From assembly GCA_963804525.1 (NCBI GenBank), contig CAWDQO010000006.1, forward strand, positions 154,500-218,499: a stretch of 64,000 nucleotides of DNA, written 5' to 3'. This DNA is from an uncultured Thermoplasmata archaeon. GTDB taxonomy: Archaea; Thermoplasmatota; Thermoplasmata; Lutacidiplasmatales; UBA184. A program made the position numbers and the translations under genes. Below, one piece after another: positions 1-8,737 of the stretch; position 1 is the stretch's first letter, and every line of letters starts with the position of its first letter. Below the pieces are notes generated by a model. That model made no database searches, was not told the origin of the DNA, and saw nothing but the letters and a program-made list of their open reading frames with translations.

Positions 1-102
1 GGGTTCGAGCCGGCCCCCCACCGTCCGACCGTCGCCGCCGAGCCGCCCCCCACCACGGCGGCGGTGCCCGGCGAGACCCTCCCCTAGCCGTCGGCACCCT
101 CG

Positions 103-504
103 GTGAGTCGGCCTTATTCGCTCGCCCGCGTCCCCGGAGTCGGGATGTCCATGGGGGTGAACCGGCTCGCCCGCGCGTTCGGTTTCGTCGGAGGGATCCT
201 CGTCCTCCTCGGCTCGGTGTTCACGTTCTTCTTCGGGATCGTCTACGCCGCCCTCGACCGCTCCCTCCGGGAGGGACTCGGGTCGACCGCCACGGCCCTC
301 GAGCAGCTGGTCTTCGGGATCCTCCTCCTCTTCTTCGTCGCGCTCTCGAGCTCCCGCTCGTCGGAGTACGGGGCCGCCGGCGCGGTCGTCCTCATCGTGG
401 TGAGCATCGTCGGGCTGGTCGTGCTCGGGTCCGGCGTCCTCGTCCTGATCGGGTTCGTCCTGACGCTGGTCGCCGGGATCCTCTTCCTCGTCCGGCGCGC
501 CTGA
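103..504 (+). CDS. hypothetical integral membrane protein (about 4 TM)
   Basis: GTG-start ORF of 133 aa. Four long hydrophobic stretches (GGILVLLGSVFTFFFGIVYAAL, LVFGILLLFFVAL, AVVLIVVSIVGLVVL, LIGFVLTLVAGILFLV). Codons mostly end in G/C. No family recognised. Confidence 0.5.
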   Translation: MSRPYSLARVPGVGMSMGVNRLARAFGFVGGILVLLGSVFTFFFGIVYAALDRSLREGLGSTATALEQLVFGILLLFFVALSSSRSSEYGAAGAVVLIVVSIVGLVVLGSGVLVLIGFVLTLVAGILFLVRRA

Positions 505-516
505 GGCGCGGTTCCC

Positions 517-1086
517 CTACGCCCCCGCCGGCTTCAGCCGCTCGGCGTACGACTTCCGGAACTTCTTCATCTTCGGGGAGATCACCAGCTGGCAGTACCC
601 CCGGTCCGGATTCTTCCGGAAGTAGTCGTGGTGGTACTCCTCGGCGGGGTAGAACTTTTCGAGGGGAACGACCTCGGTCACGACCCGGTGGCCCCACTTC
701 AACTCCCCGTTCACCTCGGCGATGACCGCCTCGGCGGTCGCGCGCTGGGCGGGCGAGGTGTAGAGGACAATCGAGCGGTACTGGGTCCCGACGTCCCCCC
801 CCTGGCGGTTCTTCGTCGTCGGGTCGTGGGTGGCGAAGAACACCTCGAGCACGTCCTTGTACGGGAGGACCGCCGGGTCGAAGGTGACCTGGACGACCTC
901 GGCGTGGCCGGTGTCTCCCGTGCAGACGTCCTCGTAGCTCGGGTTCTCGGCGGGTCCTCCGGCGTACCCTGGGATCACATCGACGACGCCTTGGACCTCG
1001 CGGAACACCGCCTCGGTGCACCAGAAGCAGCCGCCTCCGAGGGTCGCCCGCTCGACGGGGAGGGAAGGGGGTGGGGTCGCGCTCAT
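517..1086 (-). CDS. msrA: peptide-methionine (S)-S-oxide reductase MsrA
   Basis: 189 aa with the GGGCFWC active-site block, GYAGG, ATHDPTT and GGDVGTQYRS blocks characteristic of MsrA. Uninterrupted ORF. Confidence 0.92.
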   Translation of the reverse strand: MSATPPPSLPVERATLGGGCFWCTEAVFREVQGVVDVIPGYAGGPAENPSYEDVCTGDTGHAEVVQVTFDPAVLPYKDVLEVFFATHDPTTKNRQGGDVGTQYRSIVLYTSPAQRATAEAVIAEVNGELKWGHRVVTEVVPLEKFYPAEEYHHDYFRKNPDRGYCQLVISPKMKKFRKSYAERLKPAGA

Positions 1087-1212
1087 GCCGTGCGGACGCC
1101 CCGGCCGCTTATCGCCCTAGGCCCTCGCCTCACGGACCCCTCGTACGCGGAGGCCCTCGTCGCGGCAGGTAGATACAGCGTCAGGTGGTACCCTAAATGA
1201 GGTCGTGGACCA

Positions 1213-1524
1213 GTGGCGCTGGCGGACGAAACTCCGGCGACGTGGTACCAGGTCTACGACTTGGTCGGGGGCGTCGACCGCCGGCCGATCGGATGGCAAC
1301 GGCGGGTCCGTCGACGGGTGGAGAACCTCCCGCCTCTCTGGGGTGGATTCCTCGTGGCCGGAGTCGCCGTCGGCCTCTACGTAGGCGCGCTCGGCGGCGT
1401 TTCGCTCGCCCTCGCCGGCGGGGGTTCACTCCTCGACGTCCTGCTGGGCGTGCCGATCCTGCTCGGTTCGGCTGCGGTCGCTGCCCACCTCACTCCCCCT
1501 CGGATTTCCGAGCTACGGGAGTAA
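1213..1524 (+). CDS. hypothetical membrane protein
   Basis: 103-aa ORF with two Gly/Ala/Leu-rich hydrophobic segments (LWGGFLVAGVAVGLYVGALGGVSLAL, LLGVPILLGSAAVAA). No family recognised. Start uncertain. Confidence 0.4.
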   Translation: MALADETPATWYQVYDLVGGVDRRPIGWQRRVRRRVENLPPLWGGFLVAGVAVGLYVGALGGVSLALAGGGSLLDVLLGVPILLGSAAVAAHLTPPRISELRE

Positions 1525-1641
1525 CGGCGGCCGAAGTCCGAACCTTGGTTCCGAGGCGCTTCCCCCGCTCAGGGAGAGGCCCGCTCGAGTTCCAGCTGGC
1601 GCCATGACAATGTAGAAATACGTCCGACGTCCCTACGAGTA

Positions 1642-1673
1642 TTGTCAGACAAAAACGGGAAGTTGTCTGACAA
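1642..1673 (+). promoter_or_regulatory. inverted repeat, putative operator of the RHH gene
   Basis: TTGTCAGACAA (1642-1652) and its exact reverse complement TTGTCTGACAA (1663-1673) are separated by 10 nt and end 2 nt before the ATG at 1676. An A/T-rich TATA-like TGTAGAAATACG lies at 1611-1622, about 25 nt upstream of the repeat. Confidence 0.55.
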
Positions 1674-1675
1674 CC

Positions 1676-2038
1676 ATGGTCGACACGTCGGAGCGGGTGA
1701 CGGTCCGCATCCCGCAGGACCTCCTCGAGAAGCTGAAGGCGATCCAGCAGGCCAAGGGTACGCCGACCATCTCCGACACCATCCGCGAGGGGCTCGAACG
1801 GTTCATCGAGATGAACCTCCCGCCCCCGAACATCCGGAAGGTGGTCGTCGACCTTTCCCGCCAGGACAACCTCCAGCTCGAGGAGTTCGTCCGGGAAGGG
1901 AACTCGGTCTCCGTCGACGATGCGGTACGCTCCGCGGTCCGGGAATACATCCGAACCCGCCTCGAACCGGCCCCCGCTAGCAGCCGGGCCCGCCGGGACG
2001 GAGAGCCCGTCGCGGCGGACGGCGGACCCCCGCCCTGA
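1676..2038 (+). CDS. ribbon-helix-helix (CopG/Arc-type) DNA-binding protein with two RHH-like modules
   Basis: 120 aa. The N-terminus ERVTVRIPQDLLEKLKAIQQAKGTPTISDTIREGLERFI fits a strand-helix-helix pattern. A second similar module is KVVVDLSRQDNLQLEEFVREGNSVSVDDAVRSAVREYI. The tail is low complexity. Confidence 0.75.
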   Translation: MVDTSERVTVRIPQDLLEKLKAIQQAKGTPTISDTIREGLERFIEMNLPPPNIRKVVVDLSRQDNLQLEEFVREGNSVSVDDAVRSAVREYIRTRLEPAPASSRARRDGEPVAADGGPPP

Positions 2039-3095
2039 GACGCTCGACGGCGATCGGAGGGCGGCGACGACGAGCGGAGGCGAGGACTGGGGGCTGCCGA
2101 ACCCCGCCGAAACGTTCGCGGTCGTCGGCCTGGGCGGTGCCGGGAGCGAGGCGGTCCACGACCTGGTTCGCCTGGGGATCCCGGGAGTCCGAGCCTTCGC
2201 GATCAATACCGACGAGAAACACCTCGCGCGGCTCGAGGTCGACCAGCGGATCCTCCTCGGGAAGCGCCAGCTCCTCGGACGGGGGAGCGCCGGGGACCGG
2301 CCCGCGGTCCTGTCGGCCGCCGAGGACGGGAAGGAGGAGATGCTCCGGCGGCTCTCCAAGTTCGAGATCGTCTTCCTCCTCGCCGGGCTCGGCGGGGGAA
2401 CCGGGAGCGCGCTCTTGCCGTTCCTCGCCCGGGAGCTCCGCCGCGGCGACGCCCTCCCGGTGCCGGTCGCGTTCCTCCCGTTCCAGGTCGAGCTCGAGAC
2501 GAACTCCCAGCGTCGGGACAACGCGACCGACGCGATCGGGGAGCTCGAGGCGATGGGGGGGCTCGTTCTCGCCCTCGCGAACGAGAAGCTCCGTCGGTTC
2601 GACTCGCTCCCGATGCACCACGTGTTCCAGCTGCGGAACACCTACGTCCACAACCTCGTGACCAGCCTCGTCGACATGGTCGAGGCGCCGAGCCTGCTCA
2701 ACGTCGACCTGGCGAGCCTGAAGTCCCACCTCGACGACGCGGGGGTCTCCACCCTCCTCCATGCGGAGTACCACATCTCCGAGCCCGAGCGGCTCGTCCC
2801 CCAGGCGCTCAGCGAGTCGCTCCTCGACTTCGAGCTGACGGAAGCGCCGTCGGCGCTCCTTCACCTCGACGGCGGCTCGAACTTCACGCTCCGGACCCAC
2901 GACCGGATCGTCCGGGCTGCCCGGCGGCACTTCGGCGAGCCGCGGCGGCTCCTCCTGGGGATCCGGATGCATCCGGAACCGCGCGAGGTCGTCCGGATGA
3001 CCGCCGTCGTCGGCGGGCTGAGGTCGCGGGCCATGCGCGATGCCCTCGGCCCTCGGGCGCCGGAGCGACCGAGTGCCCCGCAGCTTATCCGGTAA
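1920..3095 (+). CDS. divergent FtsZ/tubulin-family GTPase
   Basis: FAVVGLGGAGSEAV (G-box 1), AINTDEKHL and LAGLGGGTGSALLP (tubulin signature with GGGTGSA instead of GGGTGTG), followed by an FtsZ-like C-terminal half. The only in-frame ATG/GTG/TTG upstream of the conserved core is ATG 1920, which lies 119 nt inside the RHH gene. The start is therefore uncertain. Confidence 0.7.
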   Translation: MRYAPRSGNTSEPASNRPPLAAGPAGTESPSRRTADPRPETLDGDRRAATTSGGEDWGLPNPAETFAVVGLGGAGSEAVHDLVRLGIPGVRAFAINTDEKHLARLEVDQRILLGKRQLLGRGSAGDRPAVLSAAEDGKEEMLRRLSKFEIVFLLAGLGGGTGSALLPFLARELRRGDALPVPVAFLPFQVELETNSQRRDNATDAIGELEAMGGLVLALANEKLRRFDSLPMHHVFQLRNTYVHNLVTSLVDMVEAPSLLNVDLASLKSHLDDAGVSTLLHAEYHISEPERLVPQALSESLLDFELTEAPSALLHLDGGSNFTLRTHDRIVRAARRHFGEPRRLLLGIRMHPEPREVVRMTAVVGGLRSRAMRDALGPRAPERPSAPQLIR

Positions 3096-3719
3096 CCGGC
3101 TCGGGGCCTCCGGTCGGCACCGGTCCGGCGGCCCGGTCGGCGAGGTGGTGGAGGATGTCCAAGCACTGCGACGAGCGGAGCGAGCGCAGCCCGAGGGACC
3201 GGGGGCTCGCTCCGGCCGACCGGAGGCACTCGACCTCGGCCTCGGTCGGGTCGGTCGGGTCGCTGAGGACCGCCCGGAACGCTCCGCCGACCACGTCGTC
3301 CGGGCCGAGGGGGGTCCCGGACTCCGTCAGCCAGACGGTCCCCGGCACGGCCGCGAACTCCCGCAAGTTCTCGAGCGGGTCCGACGGCCCGACCACGAGT
3401 CCGGGCGACGCCTCGACGTCCCGCGGGACCCCCGCGGACCGGACGAGGGCGTTCTTCAGGAGCGCCGCCGTTGACCGCTCGTCCGGGTTGAGGAACTTCA
3501 GCCGCCGGCCGTCGAGCCGCATCCGCCGGGCGCGGGGCGGCGGCTCCGCCGCGAAGAGGATCGTGACCTCGGTGTCCCGCCGGAGGTCGTTCGAGAGGGT
3601 GAAGGCGGTGGAAACGGCCCGGGCGACCTCGTCCATCCGGCCCCCCCGCCGGCAAGGTCGTTCAGCGTGAACGCCCCGCCGACCGGGACCCGATGGGCGA
3701 GGAGCAGAATCTGGCGCAC
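3085..3719 (-). CDS. trmY: tRNA (pseudouridine54-N1)-methyltransferase TrmY (SPOUT); frame broken in this assembly
   Basis: The N-terminus MRQILLLAHRVPVGGAFTLNDLAGGG (frame of ORF 3498..3719) continues as GRMDEVARAVSTAFTLSNDLRRD...NPDERSTAALLKNAL...SLGLRSLRSSQCLDILHHLAD (frame of ORF 3085..4119). This matches my recollection of the Mj1640/TrmY family. The break sits at a C7 run (3641-3647). One extra C restores a single 211-aa frame. Confidence 0.75.
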
Positions 3720-3809
3720 CGCGTCGCGAAACCGGCGGGGACCAAGAGGGTTGGGGGGGCGACCGGACCGTTCGACCGCCCGGCCGAGCCGCGGGCGGCG
3801 GGGGGGCGC

Positions 3810-4499
3810 CTACTCTTCGGGGACGTGGCGCGCGGCGCGGGGCGCGCCCGGGGGCGGCGGCGGGCGAACGCCACCTCCGCCGGTGGGGTGGGCGGGCGAG
3901 CGGCGCTCGAGCCAAACCTCGTCGCCGAGCTCGTGGTAGACCGCGTGGGCCGGGAGACCCGTGCCGGTCTCGCCGTGGGGAAGGCGGAACGCGCCCGAAC
4001 GGGTCGCGCCCGAGGAGTAGATCACGTCGGCCTCGCCGGCCTCGGCCATCGCCTGGGTCTCTTCCCGGGCCAGGTCGAAGATCCGGTCCTTCCGGAACAT
4101 CCAGTAGTGGATCCGCCACTCGCGACCGTCGTAGAGCGTCGTCTCGTCCCGCTCCGTCTCGAGGATGCCGGTATCCTCCAGCATGTAGAACGTGTCGCGG
4201 TCGTCCGGCTCGAGGACGTTGTCGATGATCCGCTGGTTGAAGCCGAAGAAGTTGAGGACGTGGGCGGCGATCGCCCGGGCGTCGTCCGGGCGCATCCCGT
4301 CGTGGCCCACCGAGCGGCGGATCGCCTTCGCGAGGGAGTCGTGGTCGACCGGGCCCGAGGAAGCGAGCGCGAGTGCGGTGTCGGTCGGGATGCCGATGCG
4401 GGTCCGGGAAATGTCCGCTTCGGACCGGATCGGGACCGGGTTGCGCAGCGTGTAGCCCGAGGGTCCGCCCGCTGCGGAGGCTCCGCTCTTCCTCTGCAT
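3810..4499 (-). CDS. conserved hypothetical protein
   Basis: ATG at 4499 (MQRKSGAS...). The well-composed segment HVLNFFGFNQRIIDNVLEPDDRDTFYMLEDTGILETERDETTLYDGREWRIHYWMFRKDRIFDL looks like a conserved globular domain. A TATA-like CATATAGG (minus strand, 4527-4534) lies about 30 nt upstream. The upstream part of ORF 3810..5174 in this frame is non-coding-like (R/S/P-rich). Confidence 0.6.
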   Translation of the reverse strand: MQRKSGASAAGGPSGYTLRNPVPIRSEADISRTRIGIPTDTALALASSGPVDHDSLAKAIRRSVGHDGMRPDDARAIAAHVLNFFGFNQRIIDNVLEPDDRDTFYMLEDTGILETERDETTLYDGREWRIHYWMFRKDRIFDLAREETQAMAEAGEADVIYSSGATRSGAFRLPHGETGTGLPAHAVYHELGDEVWLERRSPAHPTGGGGVRPPPPPGAPRAARHVPEE

Positions 4500-4599
4500 G
4501 TTCCTACGGTTAGAATTCCCGGCTACCCTATATGAACCTTCGGGAGACTTCCCGACTCGGTGGGGCCAAGTAAGACCTCCCCCGGACCGACGGATATCC

Positions 4600-5174
4600 C
4601 TACCGTCGGCGGGTCCGGATGGCCCGGCCGAGCGCCTCGGCCCGCGGACGCCACTCTTCCGCCTCGATGAGCGCCTCGGACCGGGCGAGCTCGGCGAGGT
4701 CGAGCGGGAGGGGGAGGACCGCCTTCGCGAGATATACGTGGGCGAGTCCGCCCGTGCTCGGCCCCGCCCAGACCCGTCCGGCCCACTCCTGGGCGCGGAA
4801 CTCGTAGGTACTCGGGCGCCGGCAGGAACCAGAGGAGCGTGTCGTCCGTCGACCGGGCGTTTCGGGGCGGCTGGGGGGCCGTCCGAAGGCCGAGGTACCT
4901 GGAGCACGGGGAGCGGGAGGTTGAACACCCCTTTCTCGGTGGCCAGGGCGGGGGCGAGGTACCGGCCCCGGACGATCTCGATCGGCAAGACATCGGCGGC
5001 GGGAACCCCGCTCACCACCCGCACCACCCCGGGGCCGCGGCCGACGAACGCGAGGGTCCGGTGGGACGACCCCCGGGCGACGTCGGGATTGTGCATCAGG
5101 AGGGTCGCGACCTCCGAGGGGAGCTGGAGGTTCAACCACGTCGGCCGGACCGTCGCGAGGACGACGTATTCCAT
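4600..5174 (-). CDS. hypothetical protein; frame broken twice in this assembly
   Basis: MEYVVLATVRPTWLNLQLPSEVATLLMHNPD...GVFNLPLPVLQ (frame of 5174), then YLGLRTAPQPPRNARSTDDTLLWFLPAPEY (frame of 4993), then YEFRAQEWAGRVWAGPSTGGLAHVYLAKAVLPLPLDLAELARSEALIEAEEWRPRAEALGRAI (frame of 5139, stop at 4600). G/C-ending codons follow this path. Both switches are at GTAC sites (4895-4899, 4807-4811). Removing one base at each gives 573 nt, or 190 aa. Function unknown. Confidence 0.4.
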
Positions 5175-5241
5175 TGGGTCCCTTCCCCTTGGTGAAGGGG
5201 AACCGGCTCTATAAGAAATCTGAGAGGAGCCGAACCATCGT

Positions 5242-5898
5242 TCAGGTACGGGCCGGGCGGGTACGGGCGAGCGCGTCGACGACGGAGCCGAGGTCGGTGG
5301 TATCGAGGGTGAGGTCGGCAGCTCGCCGGACGACCTCGATCCGGGTCCGGTAGGCGACCCCGAGTCCCACGAGGGGAAAGATCTCGGCGTCGGCGACGCC
5401 GTCCCCCACGTGGGCGACCTCCCGGGGCCCGACCCCGAACCGCTCGCAGAGCCTTCCGAGCCCCGCGACCTTGTCCGCCCGGGTGCCGTCGGCCGACCCG
5501 ATCCGGCCGTCCACGACCTGCGGGGCGCCGCTCAACCCGTCCGCCCCGTCGAACCCGAACGTTCGCTCGTACCAACCGGTGACGTACCCGGGGTTGTGGG
5601 TCAGGAGTGCGACGCGGCTTCCCAGGCCGTGGAGTCGCCGGACGCTCTCGCCGATGCGATCGACCTTTGGCGTTTCAGCGAGGAGGTGAGTCAACTCGGA
5701 TTCGGAAACTCCATCGGCGATCGCGAGCAGGTTGCGCAAGTGGACGTCCTCGTCGATCGTTCCCTCTCGAAACTCCGACTGAGTCCGATCGTACTGCTCG
5801 GTCCTTCCCAGCTTTCGTGCGACGAACGCCCAGCCGTGCTCGAGGGTGAGCGTGCCGTCGATGTCGACGGTGACGAGCCGATAGGGGAACGGCGCCAC
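5242..5898 (-). CDS. HAD-superfamily hydrolase (phosphoserine phosphatase-like)
   Basis: 218 aa. Motif I VTVDIDGTLT, then LLTHNPG, then motif IV-like HVGDGVADAE. Uninterrupted. Confidence 0.8.
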   Translation of the reverse strand: MAPFPYRLVTVDIDGTLTLEHGWAFVARKLGRTEQYDRTQSEFREGTIDEDVHLRNLLAIADGVSESELTHLLAETPKVDRIGESVRRLHGLGSRVALLTHNPGYVTGWYERTFGFDGADGLSGAPQVVDGRIGSADGTRADKVAGLGRLCERFGVGPREVAHVGDGVADAEIFPLVGLGVAYRTRIEVVRRAADLTLDTTDLGSVVDALARTRPART

Positions 5899-5901
5899 GG
5901 A

Positions 5902-6141
5902 CTACGGGCGGCTCCGCCGCTCCCCGAACCCGACGCCGATCAGGATTCCGCCCGCGTACAGGGCGGCGAGCCCCACGGCGAGGAACGGGAGGTCGGAGAC
6001 GAGTGCCCCGGTCAGGTTGGGGGCCAAGAGGAGGGCGGCGAGCCCGAGGAACGTCGCGCCGAGGCCGAGCACGACTTTCCGTTGCCGCCGGACCCGCCGC
6101 GCCTCGTCCGACGCCGCCGCTCTTCCGGGTTCGGCAGACAC
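5902..6141 (-). CDS. small membrane protein (2 TM)
   Basis: 79 aa with a basic N-terminus and two hydrophobic helices (VVLGLGATFLGLAALLLAP, LPFLAVGLAALYAGGILIGVGF). Ends 4 nt from the HAD gene start. Confidence 0.45.
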   Translation of the reverse strand: MSAEPGRAAASDEARRVRRQRKVVLGLGATFLGLAALLLAPNLTGALVSDLPFLAVGLAALYAGGILIGVGFGERRSRP

Positions 6142-6273
6142 GGTCGCCGTTCATCCCGTCGGCGAGATAACCTCCTCTCCTCGGGGGGCCCGAACGGAGA
6201 GGATCCCCTCCTCCTTCCCGACGCTCGGCCGCGCGGCGGGGGGGACCCTGGTGAGTCAACTTTATCAACATAT

Positions 6274-6301
6274 ATCGGTATTCCGATATCGGAATACCGA
6301 T
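6274..6301 (+). promoter_or_regulatory. 28-bp perfect palindrome, putative PadR operator overlapping the padR start codon
   Basis: ATCGGTATTCCGATATCGGAATACCGAT equals its own reverse complement. It is preceded by an A/T-rich CTTTATCAACATATAT (about 6260-6275). The ATG of the PadR gene is at 6300. Confidence 0.7.
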
Positions 6302-6722
6302 GCACGCGCGGGGGATGCCGTGGTTGTCCGGACGGAAGCGAGGACTTCGGTCGTGGGTCCTGATGATCTTGAGCGAGGCCCCGAAAACAGGGGCGGAGAT
6401 CATGGACGAGATGGAACGGATGAGCGGGGGCTGGTGGCGGCCGTCCCCCGGCTCGCTCTATCCGCTTCTGGAGGAAATGACGTCGGAGGGGATCACGCGC
6501 CGGAAGGACGACGGACGGTACGAGCTCACGACCTCGGTGCGGGAGCAATTCTCCTGGCGGTTCCCGTCGCGGGGCCCCCGCTCGGCGGCCGATGTCGTGC
6601 GCGAGATCGGGTCGCTTGTCGCGTACCTGGAGGACCTCCGGCGCTCGGACGCGGCGAAGTTCGCCGAGTCGCAGGTCGCCCTGCTCGAGGCGGCCGAGCG
6701 GCTAAAGAGGCTCGCGAACTGA
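6300..6722 (+). CDS. PadR-family transcriptional regulator
   Basis: 140 aa. LRSWVLMILSEAPKTGAEIMDEMERMSGGWWRPSPGSLYPLLEEMTSEGIT is the typical PadR winged-helix block. It lies directly upstream of an ABC-2 exporter pair. Confidence 0.85.
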   Translation: MHARGMPWLSGRKRGLRSWVLMILSEAPKTGAEIMDEMERMSGGWWRPSPGSLYPLLEEMTSEGITRRKDDGRYELTTSVREQFSWRFPSRGPRSAADVVREIGSLVAYLEDLRRSDAAKFAESQVALLEAAERLKRLAN

Positions 6723-6732
6723 GGGGCGAAGA

Positions 6733-7749
6733 ATGGGAGCTGCCATCGTCGCCGAGGGGATCTCCAAGACGTACAATGGGAAGGTCCGGGCCGTCGAGAA
6801 CGTCTCGTTCACCGTCGAGTCCGGCGAGGCGTACGGATTCCTCGGGCCGAACGGCGCCGGAAAGACCACGACGGTCTCCATGCTCACCGCCCAGCTCGCC
6901 CCGACCGACGGGCGCGCGACCGTCGACGGGATCGACGTGTTCGCCAACCCCGCCGACATCAAGAAGCGGATCGGACTCGTTTTTCAGGAGTCGACCGCCG
7001 ACTCCGACCTGACGGGCCGGGAGAACCTCGAGCTCGCGGCGGCGCTGTTCGCCGTGCCCCGCAAGGAGGTCACGAGCCGGATCGACTCGCTCCTCGAACG
7101 GATGCAGATCGGGGAGGCGGCGGACCGGCTCGCGAAGACCTACTCCGGCGGGATGCGCCGGCGGCTCGAGCTTGCCGTCGGGATCATCCACTCGCCGCGC
7201 GTCCTGTTCCTCGACGAGCCGACGCTCGGCCTCGACCCCCAGGGGCGCGCCGGGTTCTGGCGGTACGTCGAGGAGCTCCGGAAGGAGCACGGGATGACCG
7301 TCTTCCTCACGACCCACTATCTCGAGGAAGCCGACGGGATCTGCGAGCGGCTCGCGATCATCGACCATGGCCACATCGTGGCCACAGGGTCTCCCTCCGA
7401 GCTGAAGGACCGGCTCGGCGGCGACGTGATCACGATCCGCCCCACCCGTCCGGAGCCGACCCTCGAGGGGGTCCTGAAGGCGGTACCCGGGGTCACGTCG
7501 GTCGGTGTCCAGGACGGCGCGTTCCGCGTCAAGGCCGAGCGGGGGGAGGAGCTGATCCCGACCCTCGTGGCCGCCTGTTCGCGGGCGGGGGTCGGGCTCG
7601 CGGGCGTCTCGCTGAAGCGCCCGAGCCTCGATGAGGTGTTCCTCGAGTTCACCGGGCGGGAGTACCGGGAGGACGAGAGCGTCTCGGCCACGGACCGGGC
7701 GGTCCGGGTGGGGCAGGTCCAACAGGCGTTCGGGAGGGCCCGGCGATGA
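6733..7749 (+). CDS. ABC transporter ATP-binding protein (ABC-2/DrrA-like)
   Basis: Walker A GPNGAGKTT, signature YSGGMRRRLELA, Walker B LFLDEPTLGLD, H-loop LTTHY. 338 aa. Confidence 0.9.
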   Translation: MGAAIVAEGISKTYNGKVRAVENVSFTVESGEAYGFLGPNGAGKTTTVSMLTAQLAPTDGRATVDGIDVFANPADIKKRIGLVFQESTADSDLTGRENLELAAALFAVPRKEVTSRIDSLLERMQIGEAADRLAKTYSGGMRRRLELAVGIIHSPRVLFLDEPTLGLDPQGRAGFWRYVEELRKEHGMTVFLTTHYLEEADGICERLAIIDHGHIVATGSPSELKDRLGGDVITIRPTRPEPTLEGVLKAVPGVTSVGVQDGAFRVKAERGEELIPTLVAACSRAGVGLAGVSLKRPSLDEVFLEFTGREYREDESVSATDRAVRVGQVQQAFGRARR

Positions 7750-8582
7750 TCCGCGAAACGGTCGCCCTAACGCGGCGGGAGCTGCTGCGGATCACCCGGA
7801 ACCCGCAGGCGATCATCACCTCGCTCCTCCTGCCGATCCTGTACCTCGTCCTGTTCGGCCAAGCGTTCAACCTCGAGAACCTCGGCTCGGGAAAGATCCC
7901 GCAGGCGTACTTCCTGACGGCGTTCCGCGGGGCGCCGAGCTACTTCTCGTACTTCTCGGCGGGGATGACCGGGTTCGTGGCGGTCACCGCCACCCTGTTC
8001 ATCGGGGCGAACGTGATCTTCGACCGGCTCTTCGGCGTCCTGAAGCGCACGTCGGCGACGCCCGCGACCCCGACGTCGATCTTCGGCTCGCGCCTGATCG
8101 CGGGGTCGATCCAACCGATCGCGCTCGCGTTCCTCGTGCTCGGGCTGTCGATCCTCCTGGGCCACCTCGGCCTCAGCGGTCTCGACATCACGGCGTCCGT
8201 CACGGTCGTCGGCGCGGTCGAGATCCTGCTCGCGATCGTCATCCTGTCCGCGATGTTCGCCTCGCTGTTCCTCGCGGTCGGCTTCTCGATCGAGCAGCCC
8301 CAGACCTACTTCGCCGCGGTCAACGCGATCAACCTGCCCGTGCTCCTGACGTCGGCGGCCCTTTACCCCTGGGGGACGATGCCCCCGTGGTTCCAGAACG
8401 TCGCGTCGGTGAACCCCATCACCCTCGCCGTGAACGTCCTGCGGGAGAACATGTTCGCCGGGGCTTCGGCGTACTGTCCGTACGGCCCGGGCGTCTACCT
8501 GCTCGCCCTCCTCGTCTGGGCGGTCGCGATGTTCCTCGTCGCGACGGTCCTCGCACGGCGGGCGCTCGCCCCGAAGCGGTAG
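7746..8582 (+). CDS. ABC-2 type transporter permease
   Basis: 278 aa with about 6 TM. The start overlaps the ATPase stop by 4 nt (ATGA). Typical ABC-2 organisation. Confidence 0.85.
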   Translation: MIRETVALTRRELLRITRNPQAIITSLLLPILYLVLFGQAFNLENLGSGKIPQAYFLTAFRGAPSYFSYFSAGMTGFVAVTATLFIGANVIFDRLFGVLKRTSATPATPTSIFGSRLIAGSIQPIALAFLVLGLSILLGHLGLSGLDITASVTVVGAVEILLAIVILSAMFASLFLAVGFSIEQPQTYFAAVNAINLPVLLTSAALYPWGTMPPWFQNVASVNPITLAVNVLRENMFAGASAYCPYGPGVYLLALLVWAVAMFLVATVLARRALAPKR

Positions 8583-8737
8583 GGGTCCGGGCGAGGACGC
8601 CGCCCGTGACGGAGGCGGCGGCGCGGGAGCCGACCCCGTCCCCCCAGGAACCCGGCGGGGGGGCCCGCGCCCCGGACTCCCGGCCCGGGGACACAAGTTT
8701 TCCGCCGTCGGCGGCCGACTCCCACCGCTCCCGTCGG

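Noticed and set aside
1925-1929. GGTAC just after ATG 1920: removing one G would fuse the RHH protein to the FtsZ-like protein
   Set aside because: The RHH frame continues after this site as a convincing second helix (DDAVRSAVREYIRTRLE). The alternative frame reads as low complexity (YAPRSGNTSEPASN). This GGTAC therefore looks genuine.
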